Counted from the stretch's first letter, positions 52,421 through 63,509 are shown. The stretch: DNA of 64,000 nucleotides from Nitrososphaerales archaeon (GCA_965197925.1 CBDAOC010000020.1:224001-288000), one strand, 5' to 3'. Notes: generated by a model from the letters alone, not told the origin. A program made the numbers and translations.

Positions 52421-53344
52421 TTAGATCTCCTTTTGGTCTCCTATCTCTTCCTTCTCTTTTACCAGTTCCTCGCTCTTCCTCTCCTCGAACAGTTTCATGA
52501 TCTCCTCTTGTACCACACTTTTGATTTTATCCTCGTTCCCTTTTTCTGATTCTGGTGCCTGCTTTAATGTACCCAGTGGAGATCCAAGATTGCTCGAGTC
52601 CCCACCAGTCACTACAATCAAGTTCTTCTCCCTTGCAATTTCTGTCCATGTTTGTAACTCCCTTAATCGCATAGCCGCGATATTCTTGGTGTAAAAATCA
52701 GCAGCCTGTGCCATCTTCTCCGCAGCTTTTAACTCCCCCTCGGCGATAATTATTCTGCCCCTCTTCTCCCTTTCGGCCTCTGCCTGTTTTGCTATGGCTC
52801 GATGCATATTTTCTGGAAGTGATACATCCTTTACTGCAACGCCTGTTACTTTGATTCCCCAAGGATCGGTTGCAATATCAAGAATTTCTTGTATTCTCTT
52901 GTTCAATTCATCTCTTTTTGATAAGATGCCATCGAAATCTACCTGGCCTATTATATCTCTGAGTGTTGTCTGTGCAAGCATGCTTGACGCAAGAAGATAG
53001 TTATTCACTTTCACAACGGCATTGGTAGGTTCATTAACCCTCAGGTAAACCACTGCGTCAACATCAACGGTGACATTATCAAGTGTGATTATCTTCTGTT
53101 TGGCAACGTCAAGTGTAACTACTCGTAGATCTACCTTAATGGCCTTGTCAAGAACAGGTATAAGCAATATCAATCCTGGTCCTTTTGAGCCTATCAACCT
53201 TCCAAGTCTGAAGACGACGGCCCTTTCATATTCCCTTACTATCCGTATAGCAGATGCGAGGATTATCAGCATGACAATTACAACAAAGGCTATTGCAATC
53301 GATTCGGCCATTCCCAACTGTAATAGAAGATGAGTTACTTCCAA
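52421..53344 (-). CDS. Stomatin/SPFH (slipin) protein
   Basis: EYERAVVFRLGR, KGPGL, AQTTLR, DPWGIKV and QAEAERE motifs; in operon with nfeD. Confidence 0.94.
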   Translation of the reverse strand: MEVTHLLLQLGMAESIAIAFVVIVMLIILASAIRIVREYERAVVFRLGRLIGSKGPGLILLIPVLDKAIKVDLRVVTLDVAKQKIITLDNVTVDVDAVVYLRVNEPTNAVVKVNNYLLASSMLAQTTLRDIIGQVDFDGILSKRDELNKRIQEILDIATDPWGIKVTGVAVKDVSLPENMHRAIAKQAEAEREKRGRIIIAEGELKAAEKMAQAADFYTKNIAAMRLRELQTWTEIAREKNLIVVTGGDSSNLGSPLGTLKQAPESEKGNEDKIKSVVQEEIMKLFEERKSEELVKEKEEIGDQKEI

Positions 53345-53449
53345 TGTAGTTTAATGCGGTATTCCAACCTTTAAGGTTTGACATGCGTTAAACGACAATT
53401 CAATTGGGACGGTATTCACTTAATTCAAACAAGTAAAAAAGAAAAACAT

Positions 53450-54327
53450 GAAGTCATCCCAATACTCTCCAATACATCATAATCGACGAAATGATAACAA
53501 ATGCCAGATAGTTTTGTGCATTCTTCTCATATCTGATCCTGGTTCTGTGGAACCCATTCTTCAACCAGGCAAAGAATCTCTCCACAACATAGCGCGTCTT
53601 GCCGTATAGGTATTGTTCTGTATTATCATTTTGTTGTTGTGTCTTACTGTTTTTTCTGTAAGGCATGCAGTCAGAGATTTTTCTTTTGGTGAGGTATTTC
53701 CTGATGAATTCTGCATCATAGCCCTTGTCTGCTTGGCACCGCGCAATTTTTCTGATAGATCTCTCATCCAGATATTGTGAGATGCCATCCATCACGTCTA
53801 CAAATCTTGCAGAGTCATGCTGATTTGCAGGACATTACTACTGAGACTGGCAGTCCGTTTTGTTCCACCGCAACGTGTATTTTTGTGCCTGAAATCCTGT
53901 TGAATCCGTTGTATCCTATGACGCTTCCCCTTTTTTGGCCGGAACTGATGACGAATCGACCGTTTTTTGCAGCTGCATCTTGCCTGATCTGTGGGCTGAT
54001 TTGACTGCAGCGGAGAGGATATTCTTCCATATTCCACGTCGCTGCCAGTTCTGCAGTCTGCGGTGCGCAGTTGATTTGGAGCCGTACCTTTGTGACATCC
54101 CAGTCCACCTGCATCCTGTTATCCCGACAAACAGGATTCCGTTGACTGTCTTTCTGTCGTCTGCCCTTGGCCTTCCGGTTCTGGCTGGCTTGGGGAGATG
54201 CGGTGATATCATCTTCCATTGTTCACCTGTTATCTCCTGAAATTTCATGATCTGCTACGGGCAGCATTGCAAATAGATCCAAATGATCGTCAATTATTCA
54301 CTAAATGATCAGTTTTGGGATCAGTTG
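53450..54327 (-). mobile_element. IS5-family element (IS427-like), copy A, 878 bp
   Basis: Ends CAACTGATCCCAAAACT and AGTATTGGGATGACTTC; TGRP..DDR, TGCRW, ADKGYD and RYVVERFFAW motifs; A6G4 frameshift window. Confidence 0.93.
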
Positions 54328-54873
54328 ATTATAACATCCATGCATTTTGTACTGTCATGTTCATTTGCTGGACTCAACAGTATAGATATTGGAAATCCGT
54401 TACTCTCTACTGCGGCATGTATTTTTGTACCTGTTATTCTCTTGAATCCATTATATCCAGTTACATTGCCCCTTTTTTATCAGGAATGGATGAAGAGTCA
54501 ACTGATATTTTTTGCAGATTAATTTTGCCAGATTTATGTGCTGAGTGAATAGTACGTGATAGAATATTTTTCCAGATTCCTTTTTGTTGCCATTTGTTTA
54601 ACCTTCTGTTTGCAGTAGAATCATCACCATATCTTTTTGGCATATCGTCCCATCGGCATCCAGTAGTTAGAACATGGATTATTCCGTTAATGATTTTTCT
54701 ATCATCATCCCTAGGCCTGCCAGTTTTTGCATGTGGTGGTATGTGTGATTCCATCATACTCCACTGTTTGTCTGATAATTCTTGGAATTTCATAAAATAA
54801 TTTTAGATGTCGCTATTCATGGATCTAAATGGTCGCTAAAAATTGTCTAAATGGTTAGTTTTGAGATGAGTTG
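54328..54873 (-). mobile_element. Related but distinct IS5 (IS427-like) element, 5' part only, truncated by copy A
   Basis: Left end CAACTCATCTCAAAACT; MKFQELSDKQW...TTGCRW...VDSSSIPDKKG/GTKIHA...SPANEHDS, then an abrupt junction with copy A. Confidence 0.85.
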
Positions 54874-55539
54874 ATGATGAATTAAAGAGCATGGGATGGG
54901 ACTGGCAATCCATGGATAGCGTACCGAAGGCCCCATTAGGGGGAAAACGACCGGAGCAAACCCAACGGATAGAGGCAAGCTAGGTACCAAACGTCACATG
55001 CTGGTTGATAGAAGAAGTATTCCTCTCTCATCTGTAATTACTGGAGCAAATAAACACGATATGAAATCAGCCTTTCCTACAATAGATAGCATTGTTGTTG
55101 ATAGGCCCAAAGTTAAACAGAACATATGCATGAATAGGATATGATTTCCCTGAGATAGAGTATGGAGTTAGGAAGGGGATACGTGGATCACATTCGTCAT
55201 AAGGGTGAAGTGTTGAAAAAGAATTTGTACAAAGCAAAGAGATGGGTTGTAGAAAGAACCGCATCTTGGCATAACAGGTTCAGAAAGTTATTGGTAAGGT
55301 TCGAGAAGAGAGAGGAAAATTATCAGGCGCTAGTAGAATTTGCTAACTGTCTAATAGTATACAGAGCAATTCACTGGTAAGCTCATATGATTTTGGAATT
55401 ACTATAGCATAGGCTTTCTACAAAATTGATAAAATCACACCCAGGAAGAGATGTATATATTTATTTTCCATCATTCCGATTTAATTATTGCTGGTATGAG
55501 CAGCGTACAATCTATGGAATAGGATTTTCGGATAGGCTC
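54874..55539 (+). mobile_element. 3' two-thirds of a second IS1031-like IS5 copy (same type as 32510-33565)
   Basis: Near-identical to the reverse complement of roughly 32690-33197; ends ATTTTCGGATAGGCTC. Confidence 0.88.
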
Positions 55540-55767
55540 TAAATTGCCAATCCCATAAATTTTACCATTTATCTCTATAATTGATGTTTGCTTTTCTTGA
55601 AAGTCGTATAGATATTTGGCTTGAATGCATAATGAGGAATAGGAGTACTTTGGAAAAGGGTACAATCCTGTGTTAACGTTAGGGGGGAAGAACTAGGAGT
55701 GCAATATCATAATATGACTGCTATAAACCAAAAATAATTTTTATTCCCTTAATCCTATTCTATTACA

Positions 55768-56112
55768 TTGGATGTGCTAGACTATTTGAAAAACGTATTC
55801 AATGTGTTTGGGGTGAGCAGTGAGGCTAAGAGGAAGTTTGTGGAATGGTATGTAGAGTCAGGGAACAGATACGCTTCGCTGGAAAGAGTCATACATGAAG
55901 CTGCAATAACCGACCGTAAGGTCAGGCGACTTTTTGATGAACTTGTGAATGCTAAGGTAATGGAAGAAAACGTCGATGAAAACACCAGGACACCGGTGCC
56001 GGATATCTTCGAAGATCCAACTCATGGTATCATTAATACTCCTGGCTACCGCTTCGAAACCAAATATTTTGAGATATTAATGAAAGATGAAATGCTGGCA
56101 AAGATTTTGTAG
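55768..56112 (+). CDS. Hypothetical protein, possible winged helix
   Basis: 114-aa ORF with TTG start; helix-turn-helix-like ITDRKVRRLFDELVNAKVME. Confidence 0.45.
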   Translation: MDVLDYLKNVFNVFGVSSEAKRKFVEWYVESGNRYASLERVIHEAAITDRKVRRLFDELVNAKVMEENVDENTRTPVPDIFEDPTHGIINTPGYRFETKYFEILMKDEMLAKIL

Positions 56113-56143
56113 ATACAAAACAAAGTATCGATAATTTCTATAA

Positions 56144-56452
56144 TCAAACTTTCTGCAATTACTTGCGTTAGTTAAAATAGCATTAAGGAAGTGGATAAAG
56201 AAGAAGGATTTCCTAGAAACTAATGAAGAGAATATTAGGTTGAAACCAAATGCTGTAAAACTATTGTTGACCGAACTTGGAAAACTTCTTGGAATTAGGG
56301 TTATGTATAAGAGCAAAAAGTGTCGGTGGTCTAGCATAATCGAGATGAAGACTAGAGAATTGATGATGCACATCGACGAAAGATTAGACCCTGTTAATTT
56401 TGATGAGCCAAGATCAAACATAGTTGAAGGGAAGTGGTTCTTGAGGATTTAA
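56144..56452 (+). pseudogene. Probable C-terminal fragment of a casposon-type Cas1 (casposase)
   Basis: Open frame without a good start: LALVKIA...KKKDFLETNEENIRLKPNAVKLL...RVMYKSKKCRWSSIIEMKTREL...VNFDEP, resembling the remembered casposase tail KKDF..T.NY.LRL.P...V.Y.GK...W..II..K.REL...F..P. Confidence 0.55.
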
Positions 56453-56558
56453 TTTATCGATTCAAGTCTATTTAATACGTAAATGGTCCAAAGAATGGAA
56501 GAAAAAATATGAGAATTAACACATAATGAATTAGGTCTGATAAGGATTAGAATGGAGT

Positions 56559-56978
56559 CTAATTCAACTGAGTTTTGTTCTCAAAATATTCTTTTGTATG
56601 TGTTCTAAACAGATACCATAACATAATACTATATGTCACTAGTCCTGGAATTACAAAACCAATAAGATAAAATGCTATTCCAGCCACTGCACTACCTATG
56701 GCTAGTTTTCTGCCTAATGGTTTTGCTGATAATAATCCAATTATTGCTAGGGCATCTATAACGATACTTAAAATTGTTAGTTCAAGTACTCTATCATTAA
56801 ATTTCAAAATTGTATATTCTTGTTGAAAAGCTAGTAGTGAATCCACATCGAATAAACTTGTATACAATTCTGGTGTAGCAAAAAACACTACAAGGACGAT
56901 TGCCAATACTGCGGCATCTAAGAAAGCAATAACAACAAATACTTTAACTCCTTTAGGTCTTTTAATTTCCAAACTCAT
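56559..56978 (-). CDS. Small membrane protein (about 4 TM helices)
   Basis: KRPKGV N-terminus, hydrophobic helices, C-terminal WYLFR..TKEYF. Confidence 0.65.
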   Translation of the reverse strand: MSLEIKRPKGVKVFVVIAFLDAAVLAIVLVVFFATPELYTSLFDVDSLLAFQQEYTILKFNDRVLELTILSIVIDALAIIGLLSAKPLGRKLAIGSAVAGIAFYLIGFVIPGLVTYSIMLWYLFRTHTKEYFENKTQLN

Positions 56979-57027
56979 AACAGTTCACTTATCTTTATGA
57001 TGCTAAAGATTGGGATAATAAAAAATT

Positions 57028-57420
57028 CTACACTTTCCTCGCTAAAATCCACTGAACCGCATTTTTCTCCTCCCAGATTTTGGTTTCCAGAATTCTGAAA
57101 TTTCGGCTAGACACAAGAGATTCCAAATCAGCAACCGTCAAGTCGAGAATCATTGGTGCCAACCCTACTGTAACGGTAAACTTGATCAGAGACCTAATGA
57201 TCCAATTTTGTTCGACAAGACAGGATGTTTCTGAAATTAGCAATCCGCCTGGAGCCAATAAATCATGCAATCGATCCAAAACCTCGGGCGCATCATCTAG
57301 CAAGTGAAAAATGTTAAATGCCATAATGGCTGAAAAAGAATGGCTAGCTAAGCGCTAGTCAAATACGTCAATTTGACTGAAACTGACGTTGTCTATCTGA
57401 GGTTCTCTATTTTTATATAT
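57028..57420 (-). pseudogene. C-terminal fragment of a class I SAM-dependent methyltransferase, truncated at an IS
   Basis: IDNVSF...SFSAIMAFNIFHLL...LLAPGGLLIS; internal TAG; N-terminus absent beyond the IS. Confidence 0.7.
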
Positions 57421-57421
57421 T

Positions 57422-58470
57422 AGACCTATTGAGTAATTAGGAATCATAACTACCTTAACCTCAGCCAGATACTCACTCTTCATAACATTATTCCTTTACT
57501 TCGCATTATTCTGAAGTTCACCAAACCAGAAACTATGTCGGAAGCATGATTGTAGCGTTTTAACCTATTCCTGAACCTTGTTCCCATTATATTGAACTTC
57601 TTTACTTTGCTTATTGCATGCTCAACCACAAACCTCTTCCTTGCAAGCCTTCTATTCTGCTTTCTTTCCTTCTTCGATAGCTTTCTCTTTCTTCTCTTCT
57701 TTACTGGTAGAACACACCTCATGTCAGGAAAGTCATTCTGGACTCCCTTGTATCCCAGATCGAAATGATTCTCAACCTATGAGAGTTATGGGATGCTTCT
57801 CCTTATAGATGGAATAATCGTGCTTCGCCCCCCTCTCATGACCTGTCTTATGGAGTAACAGGCCATTACCATTCACCATGTACTGGATCTTCACAGTATG
57901 CCTCTTCCTCTTGCCCGAGTAGTAGCACTTCCTTCTCATCTTATTCTTAGGCCTGGGTATCTCCTGCTCTGTAGCATCGATGAATGTCCTAAAACCAGGA
58001 AAGTATAGCTCAACCTCTTCCATGGTTCTGGCTCTTCTTGACATCCTATACAGTTTCTTTGGAAGTGGAATGCACTTCTTTACGAGAGATTCCAGCATAT
58101 GTATATCTCTATACACATTGCTCTGGTCAAGGTCAAAGAGAAAGCCGGAGAGCGTGTATGTTATGTATAGCCTGTAATAGACCAGAAGCATCAAGAACCT
58201 GTCCTTTAGCTCAAGTTTGAATTTCCTTCCGGCACCGATATCTCTTTTTCTCCTTTTGGACACGCGTCTTCTTTCATACTCATACTTTGATGCTATCTCC
58301 CTGTAGATGGCATCGAATTCTGCCACTTCCTGTCCGGTGAATGATTTGAATAACGATGGCTTCTTGGAGAGGCGTGTATAGTTCAGCGATGGCATGTATC
58401 CCATAGATACAAGCCCTGATCTGATCGTTTCGATTCAGGCTACAGAATTGTCTAATTACGCAATAGGTCT
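57422..58470 (-). mobile_element. IS5-family element (ISL2-like; HTH_Tnp_4 + DDE_Tnp_4), frameshifted transposase
   Basis: 19-bp TIR AGACCTATTG(A/C)GTAATTAG; ATT duplication on both sides; GAGRK, IDATEQEIPRP, YYSGKRKRHTVK, DLGYKG and RFVVEHAI motifs. Confidence 0.92.
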
Positions 58471-58554
58471 ATTATATAATCAATAATATAGAAAATCTTC
58501 CTACATCTTCTATACTACCCTAAATAGGAGGTATAGTTTTTTTAAGATTATAAA

Positions 58555-59548
58555 ATGATCCACAAATTCTACTCAGCAGTAGGAGTATTGGCAATATTGG
58601 GAATGGTTGTTGCTGGCATTCCTATGAAGGAGATAGAAGGAGGGTTCGGTGGTACTACTTTTATTAGGATAACACCAAGAGGAGGCTTGGGACCTGCAGA
58701 AATAGACTTTCTACCTGCAGGAGAAAATCAAATGCTTACCCGTGGTTCTTGGGATAGGTCCGATGGTTTATGTATTTTAGTTGACGAACTTCCTACGGGT
58801 GTAGAATTGATAACTGTAGGTATTCCTGTTGCAGGCGAAGATTTTAGCTGGGAACCTGATGAAACCTTTGGGCCAGATGATTGTGATTCTATTCCACCCG
58901 GTTCAAATATCATATCTCTAGACGCGGAAGGTGAAGTTGATGGGGAGCCTGTCATCAATTTTGGTCTTACAACTTTCTTCGCAACTACTGAAGACGTTGG
59001 CGAACTAGCTCCAAATTATGTAAGGGTAATTCCAGATTCTAGTGGAGGAATCTTTCTTTGATATCTTTTTTGATATAGTCGAGGATGAGAATCCAACAAC
59101 AATTGATGACGTGTTTTTAGATGTGGGAGAGCCATGTACCTTCCCCGACTTGAGAGGGGTTACACTTCCTAATAGTACATTAGATATATTAGATGCGCCT
59201 GGAGGCTTTGAGAATTTCGTGGAAGCCGAATGTGAAATAACGAATCCCTCTGATGAACCAATTGGTGGTTTTGTTGGACTTTTTGGAACGACAACTATTG
59301 ATGATAATGGTGATGTTCCTAAAGCTGCAGTGCCTATGGGCAATGCTCCTCCTGCTCCTGGAGTGCCAATAGGAATCTTTCCCTCATTCCATGGAATAAG
59401 CTTCCAAATACTTCCTGGAGAGGGTATGGACCTTCGTTGCCATAATGAAATGCCTACTATCTTAGGGACTAATGAAAACGATATGTTGATGGGAACAAGT
59501 GAAGCTGATATAATTCATGGTTTGGGTGGTAATGATACAATCAACTGA
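58555..59548 (+). pseudogene. Secreted acidic protein with the start of RTX/hemolysin-type Ca-binding repeats, frameshifted and truncated by IS copy B
   Basis: Signal peptide; frameshift near 59050 (SSGG/SFFDIFFDI); ends PTILGTNENDMLMGTSEADIIHGLGGNDTI at the IS end (59542). Confidence 0.7.
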
Positions 59549-60419
59549 TCCCAAAACTGATCATTTAGTGAATAATTGACGATCATTTGGATCTATTTGC
59601 AATGCTGCCCGTAGCAGATCATGAAATTTCAGGAGATAACAGATGAACAATGGAAGATGATATCACCGCATCTCCCCAAGCCAGCCAGAACCGGAAGGCC
59701 AAGGGCAGACGACAGAAAGACAGTCAACGGAATCCTGTTTGTCGGGATAACAGGATGCAGGTGGACTGGGATGTCACAAAGGTACGGCTCCAAATCAACT
59801 GCGCACCGCAGACTGCAGAACTGGCAGCGACGTGGAATATGGAAGAATATCCTCTCCGCTGCAGTCAAATCAGCCCACAGATCAGGCAAGATGCAGCTGC
59901 AAAAAACGGTCGATTCGTCATCAGTTCCGGCCAAAAAAGGGGAAGCGTCATAGGATACAACGGATTCAACAGGATTTCAGGCACAAAAATACACGTTGCG
60001 GTGGAACAAAACGGACTGCCAGTCTCAGTAGTAATGTCCTGCAAATCAGCATGACTCTGCAAGATTTGTAGACGTGATGGATGGCATCTCACAATATCTG
60101 GATGAGAGATCTATCAGAAAAATTGCGCGGTGCCAAGCAGACAAGGGCTATGATGCAGAATTCATCAGGAAATACCTCACCAAAAGAAAAATCTCTGACT
60201 GCATGCCTTACAGAAAAAACAGTAAGACACAACAACAAAATGATAATACAGAACAATACCTATACGGCAAGACGCGCTATGTTGTGGAGAGATTCTTTGC
60301 CTGGTTGAAGAATGGGTTCCACAGAACCAGGATCAGATATGAGAAGAATGCACAAAACTATCTGGCATTTGTTATCATTTCGTCGATTATGATGTATTGG
60401 AGAGTATTGGGATGACTTC
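59542..60419 (+). mobile_element. IS5-family element (IS427-like), copy B, 878 bp
   Basis: Essentially identical to copy A (one visible change, Gly/Asp at codon 8); inverted relative to A. Confidence 0.94.
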
Positions 60420-60646
60420 AGTATTATCTGGAATAAATTTCATCTCCTCGATGCAATCCATGCCGTAAATTTTATTAAATTCTAACTCCATATGCCAATA
60501 CATCATAAGTTATGATCTATAATGATTTTGCGGTTAGAAAAGAATCATCGACGGCTTTTTTTATTTTTCATTTAACATCAATTCTCTTTTTTGGATAAAC
60601 AGTTTCATCCTGATATCCCTAGACTGGTCATTTTCGATCTATACAG

Positions 60647-61391
60647 ATGTATCCAATCTGATGCATTCAATAGCATGTATCCAATCTGATGCATTCAATA
60701 GCATGTATCCAATCTGATGCATTCAATAGCATGTATCCAATCTGATGCATTCAATAGCATGTATCCAATCTGATGCATTCAATAGCATGTATCCAATCTG
60801 ATGCATTCAATAGCATGTATCCAATCTGATGCATTCAATGTATCCAATCTGATGCATTTAGCATGTATCCAATCTGATGCATTCAATAGCATGTATCCAA
60901 TCTGATGCATTCAATGAGCATGTATCCAATCTGATGCATTCAATAGCATGTATCCAATCTGATGCATTCAATAGCATGTATCCAATCTGATGCATTCAAT
61001 AGCAGACCGTGCTGAATCTCAATCTGATGCATTCAATAGCATGTATCCAATCTGATGCATTCAATAGCACCCGTAGTAACTTACACATCTGATGCATTCA
61101 ATAGCATGTATCCAATCTGATGCATTCAAGAATATACATTCAATCATCATGTATCCATCTGATGCTTCAATCTGATGATACAATAGCATGTATCCAATCT
61201 GATGCATTCATGTATCCAATCTGATGCATTCAATAGCAATCTGATGCATTCAATAGCATGTATCCAATCTGCCTGATGCATTCAATAGCATGTATCCAAT
61301 CTGATGCATTCAATAGCATGTATCCAATCTGATGCATTCAATAGCATGTATCAATCTGATGCATTCAATAGCATGTATCCAATCTGATGCA
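60647..61391. repeat. 28-bp tandem repeat ATGTATCCAATCTGATGCATTCAATAGC, about 26 units, partly scrambled
   Basis: Head-to-tail units with no regular spacers; lies downstream of aroB'. Confidence 0.93.
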
Positions 61392-61517
61392 CAATTCATG
61401 GGCAACAATCACTTCATTCACAGTGAAGCCTTTACTAGAATTAATCAAAGCCCTTCTAGCAGACCGTGCTGAATCTCAATATTATTCTCCCCACCCGTAG
61501 TAACTTACACAAGAAAA

Positions 61518-62591
61518 TTATTTCTCAAGAATATACTCATCCACTTCGATACCAAAATGCCTTCCCTTCGTACTCTTGGAATGTGTAATTATACTATTCC
61601 CCTTCTTTACTTCCGTAACGGGAATCAGTTTGCCGCTGCTTCCAACAAACCTTATAGTTTCTGCCTTCTGCACTATTATGCTTCCAAATTCATTATCAGA
61701 AACAGCTTTGATTAGGCGCATAGGCCTTGTTTCCACCTTCGACCTACCGACGGTAGCCCTCCTAGCCCTACCCTTGGTATCAACAATAAATACTTCATCA
61801 CCTGCTTCCACTTCAGATAGATACCTGGTGTTACCATCAGGCATCAATGTATAACAATGAACTGCTCCAGCATTTACCCTGAATGGTCTTGGAGATGTAA
61901 ATGCCGAGCCCACCGATTCGTTATGAATTAGAAACATGAAATTGGATCTACTGCCAATCAACATTCCCTCACCCCTGTTAAGCATAGAAGCTGTATCAAT
62001 ACATACTCTCTCACCAATACCAACATCCTTGACCTCCACAACTTTTGCAGCCCTTAGAGGGAAGGATACACTGTCGAGATATACCATTGAACTCTTTATT
62101 GCATCATAATTGGAAGTGGAAAGAATCACACCATCAACGCCCAACTGCAAAACGCTGAACATGGTTCTCACCTCATCTGCACTATTTGCCAATGTGTATA
62201 CTTTGGTGTTGGTTTTCTGTAGCTTCGCGATTATATTTTCTAGTGGAATTATCTTCCAGGTTTTGGCGCTAACAATAACAAAGTCAGCACCGTTGTAGGC
62301 TGCCTGTAGTATAGTGTCCTCATCCTTTTTTCCTGTTACCTTAATGTAAAAGCCTGCAAATTTCCCTTGCTTCTTTACATTCTTTATTCCATTCAATTCC
62401 TTGCATACAATGGAATCTGCATCATCCGAAGTATGTATAACATTGAATCCGTTTCTGAACCTTCCAACAATCCTCGGATCTGCATAAATATTCTTTATCC
62501 CCCCCTTCTTAAGCTGTGAAAGGAATGAACTTAATGACTTGCTTGGAACATTAGGACTTACTATTAGTTCCTTACTTTTTATCAATTTCAA
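61518..62591 (-). CDS. aroB': 3-dehydroquinate synthase II (archaeal DKFP route)
   Basis: WKIIPLENIIA, GERVCIDT, RPFRVNAGAVH, YLSE, Q.AETIR and GRHFG...EK motifs. Confidence 0.95.
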   Translation of the reverse strand: MKLIKSKELIVSPNVPSKSLSSFLSQLKKGGIKNIYADPRIVGRFRNGFNVIHTSDDADSIVCKELNGIKNVKKQGKFAGFYIKVTGKKDEDTILQAAYNGADFVIVSAKTWKIIPLENIIAKLQKTNTKVYTLANSADEVRTMFSVLQLGVDGVILSTSNYDAIKSSMVYLDSVSFPLRAAKVVEVKDVGIGERVCIDTASMLNRGEGMLIGSRSNFMFLIHNESVGSAFTSPRPFRVNAGAVHCYTLMPDGNTRYLSEVEAGDEVFIVDTKGRARRATVGRSKVETRPMRLIKAVSDNEFGSIIVQKAETIRFVGSSGKLIPVTEVKKGNSIITHSKSTKGRHFGIEVDEYILEK

Positions 62592-63366
62592 CCAAGGCCT
62601 CCTTCACTGTCTGCTTTTTGAATATCACTTTTGCAAGCGCTCGACACATTCCCCCTGGATTCTTGTGTTGGAAGATATTCCTCCCAAATGTAACACCTAT
62701 TGCGCCGGCTTCCATAGCCCCATACGTCATTTCCAAAACCTCCTTGTCATTCTTAGCTTTAGGACCACCAGCAATAACAATGGGAACTGGGCATCCCTTT
62801 ATCACCCGCTTGAACGAATCGGGGTCACCCGTATAAACGGTTTTGACAATGTCAGCACCGGCCTCTGCACCTATTCTGGCAGCATGAGCAACAATTTCCG
62901 GATCATGGGGATTCTTAATATTTTCACCCCTAGGATACATCATCGCTATGAACGGCATAAACCACTCATCACACTGATCGGCCACCTGTCCCAACGTAAC
63001 CAACATCTCAGGTTCTTCCTTTGCACCTATATTGATATGAACCGAAACACCATCAGCACCCAATCTAACAGCTTCAACGACCGTTCCCGTCAATACCTTC
63101 TTGTTCGGCGCTGGTCCTAAGCTTGTGCTACCAGAAAAATGAACAATAACTCCAACACTAGTTGGTCTGGGCATGCTCCTAACGATGCCCTTGTTAACCA
63201 GAACCGATGTTAGTCCTTTGTTTTCGCATTGATAGATCATACTATGGACATCGATGATGCCAGGTATAGGCCCGTTGCTGATTCCATGATCCATAGGTAT
63301 ACATAACATCTTCCCGTTTCTTAGGATCCTGTTGAGCCTAACGTCTCTCCCGAATACCAATGGCAT
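62572..63366 (-). CDS. aroA': 2-amino-3,7-dideoxy-D-threo-hept-6-ulosonate synthase (class I aldolase)
   Basis: PMDHG, GADGVSVHIN, MMYPRG, GADIVKT, AGGP and GRNIFQH motifs; overlaps aroB'. Confidence 0.93.
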   Translation of the reverse strand: MPLVFGRDVRLNRILRNGKMLCIPMDHGISNGPIPGIIDVHSMIYQCENKGLTSVLVNKGIVRSMPRPTSVGVIVHFSGSTSLGPAPNKKVLTGTVVEAVRLGADGVSVHINIGAKEEPEMLVTLGQVADQCDEWFMPFIAMMYPRGENIKNPHDPEIVAHAARIGAEAGADIVKTVYTGDPDSFKRVIKGCPVPIVIAGGPKAKNDKEVLEMTYGAMEAGAIGVTFGRNIFQHKNPGGMCRALAKVIFKKQTVKEALVEIDKK

Positions 63367-63509
63367 AACAAATTCAGTACCCTACTTAAAAGTATGACCG
63401 ATTATTGTTCAAATCACATTCTCACTTTAAATATTCAGAAGAGAACTAAAAAGATTCACCTAGAAAAGGTATACCTTGACAATCAGAGGTTTATACTTAC
63501 CTGTATTTC

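Noticed and set aside
55471..55665. 64-aa minus-strand ORF
   Set aside because: It runs across the IS terminal repeat into the element, so it is probably a chance frame or a truncated remnant.
60647..61391. CRISPR array
   Set aside because: Units are head-to-tail without unique, regularly sized spacers; the few inserts match the adjacent flank; no cas operon or leader is visible.
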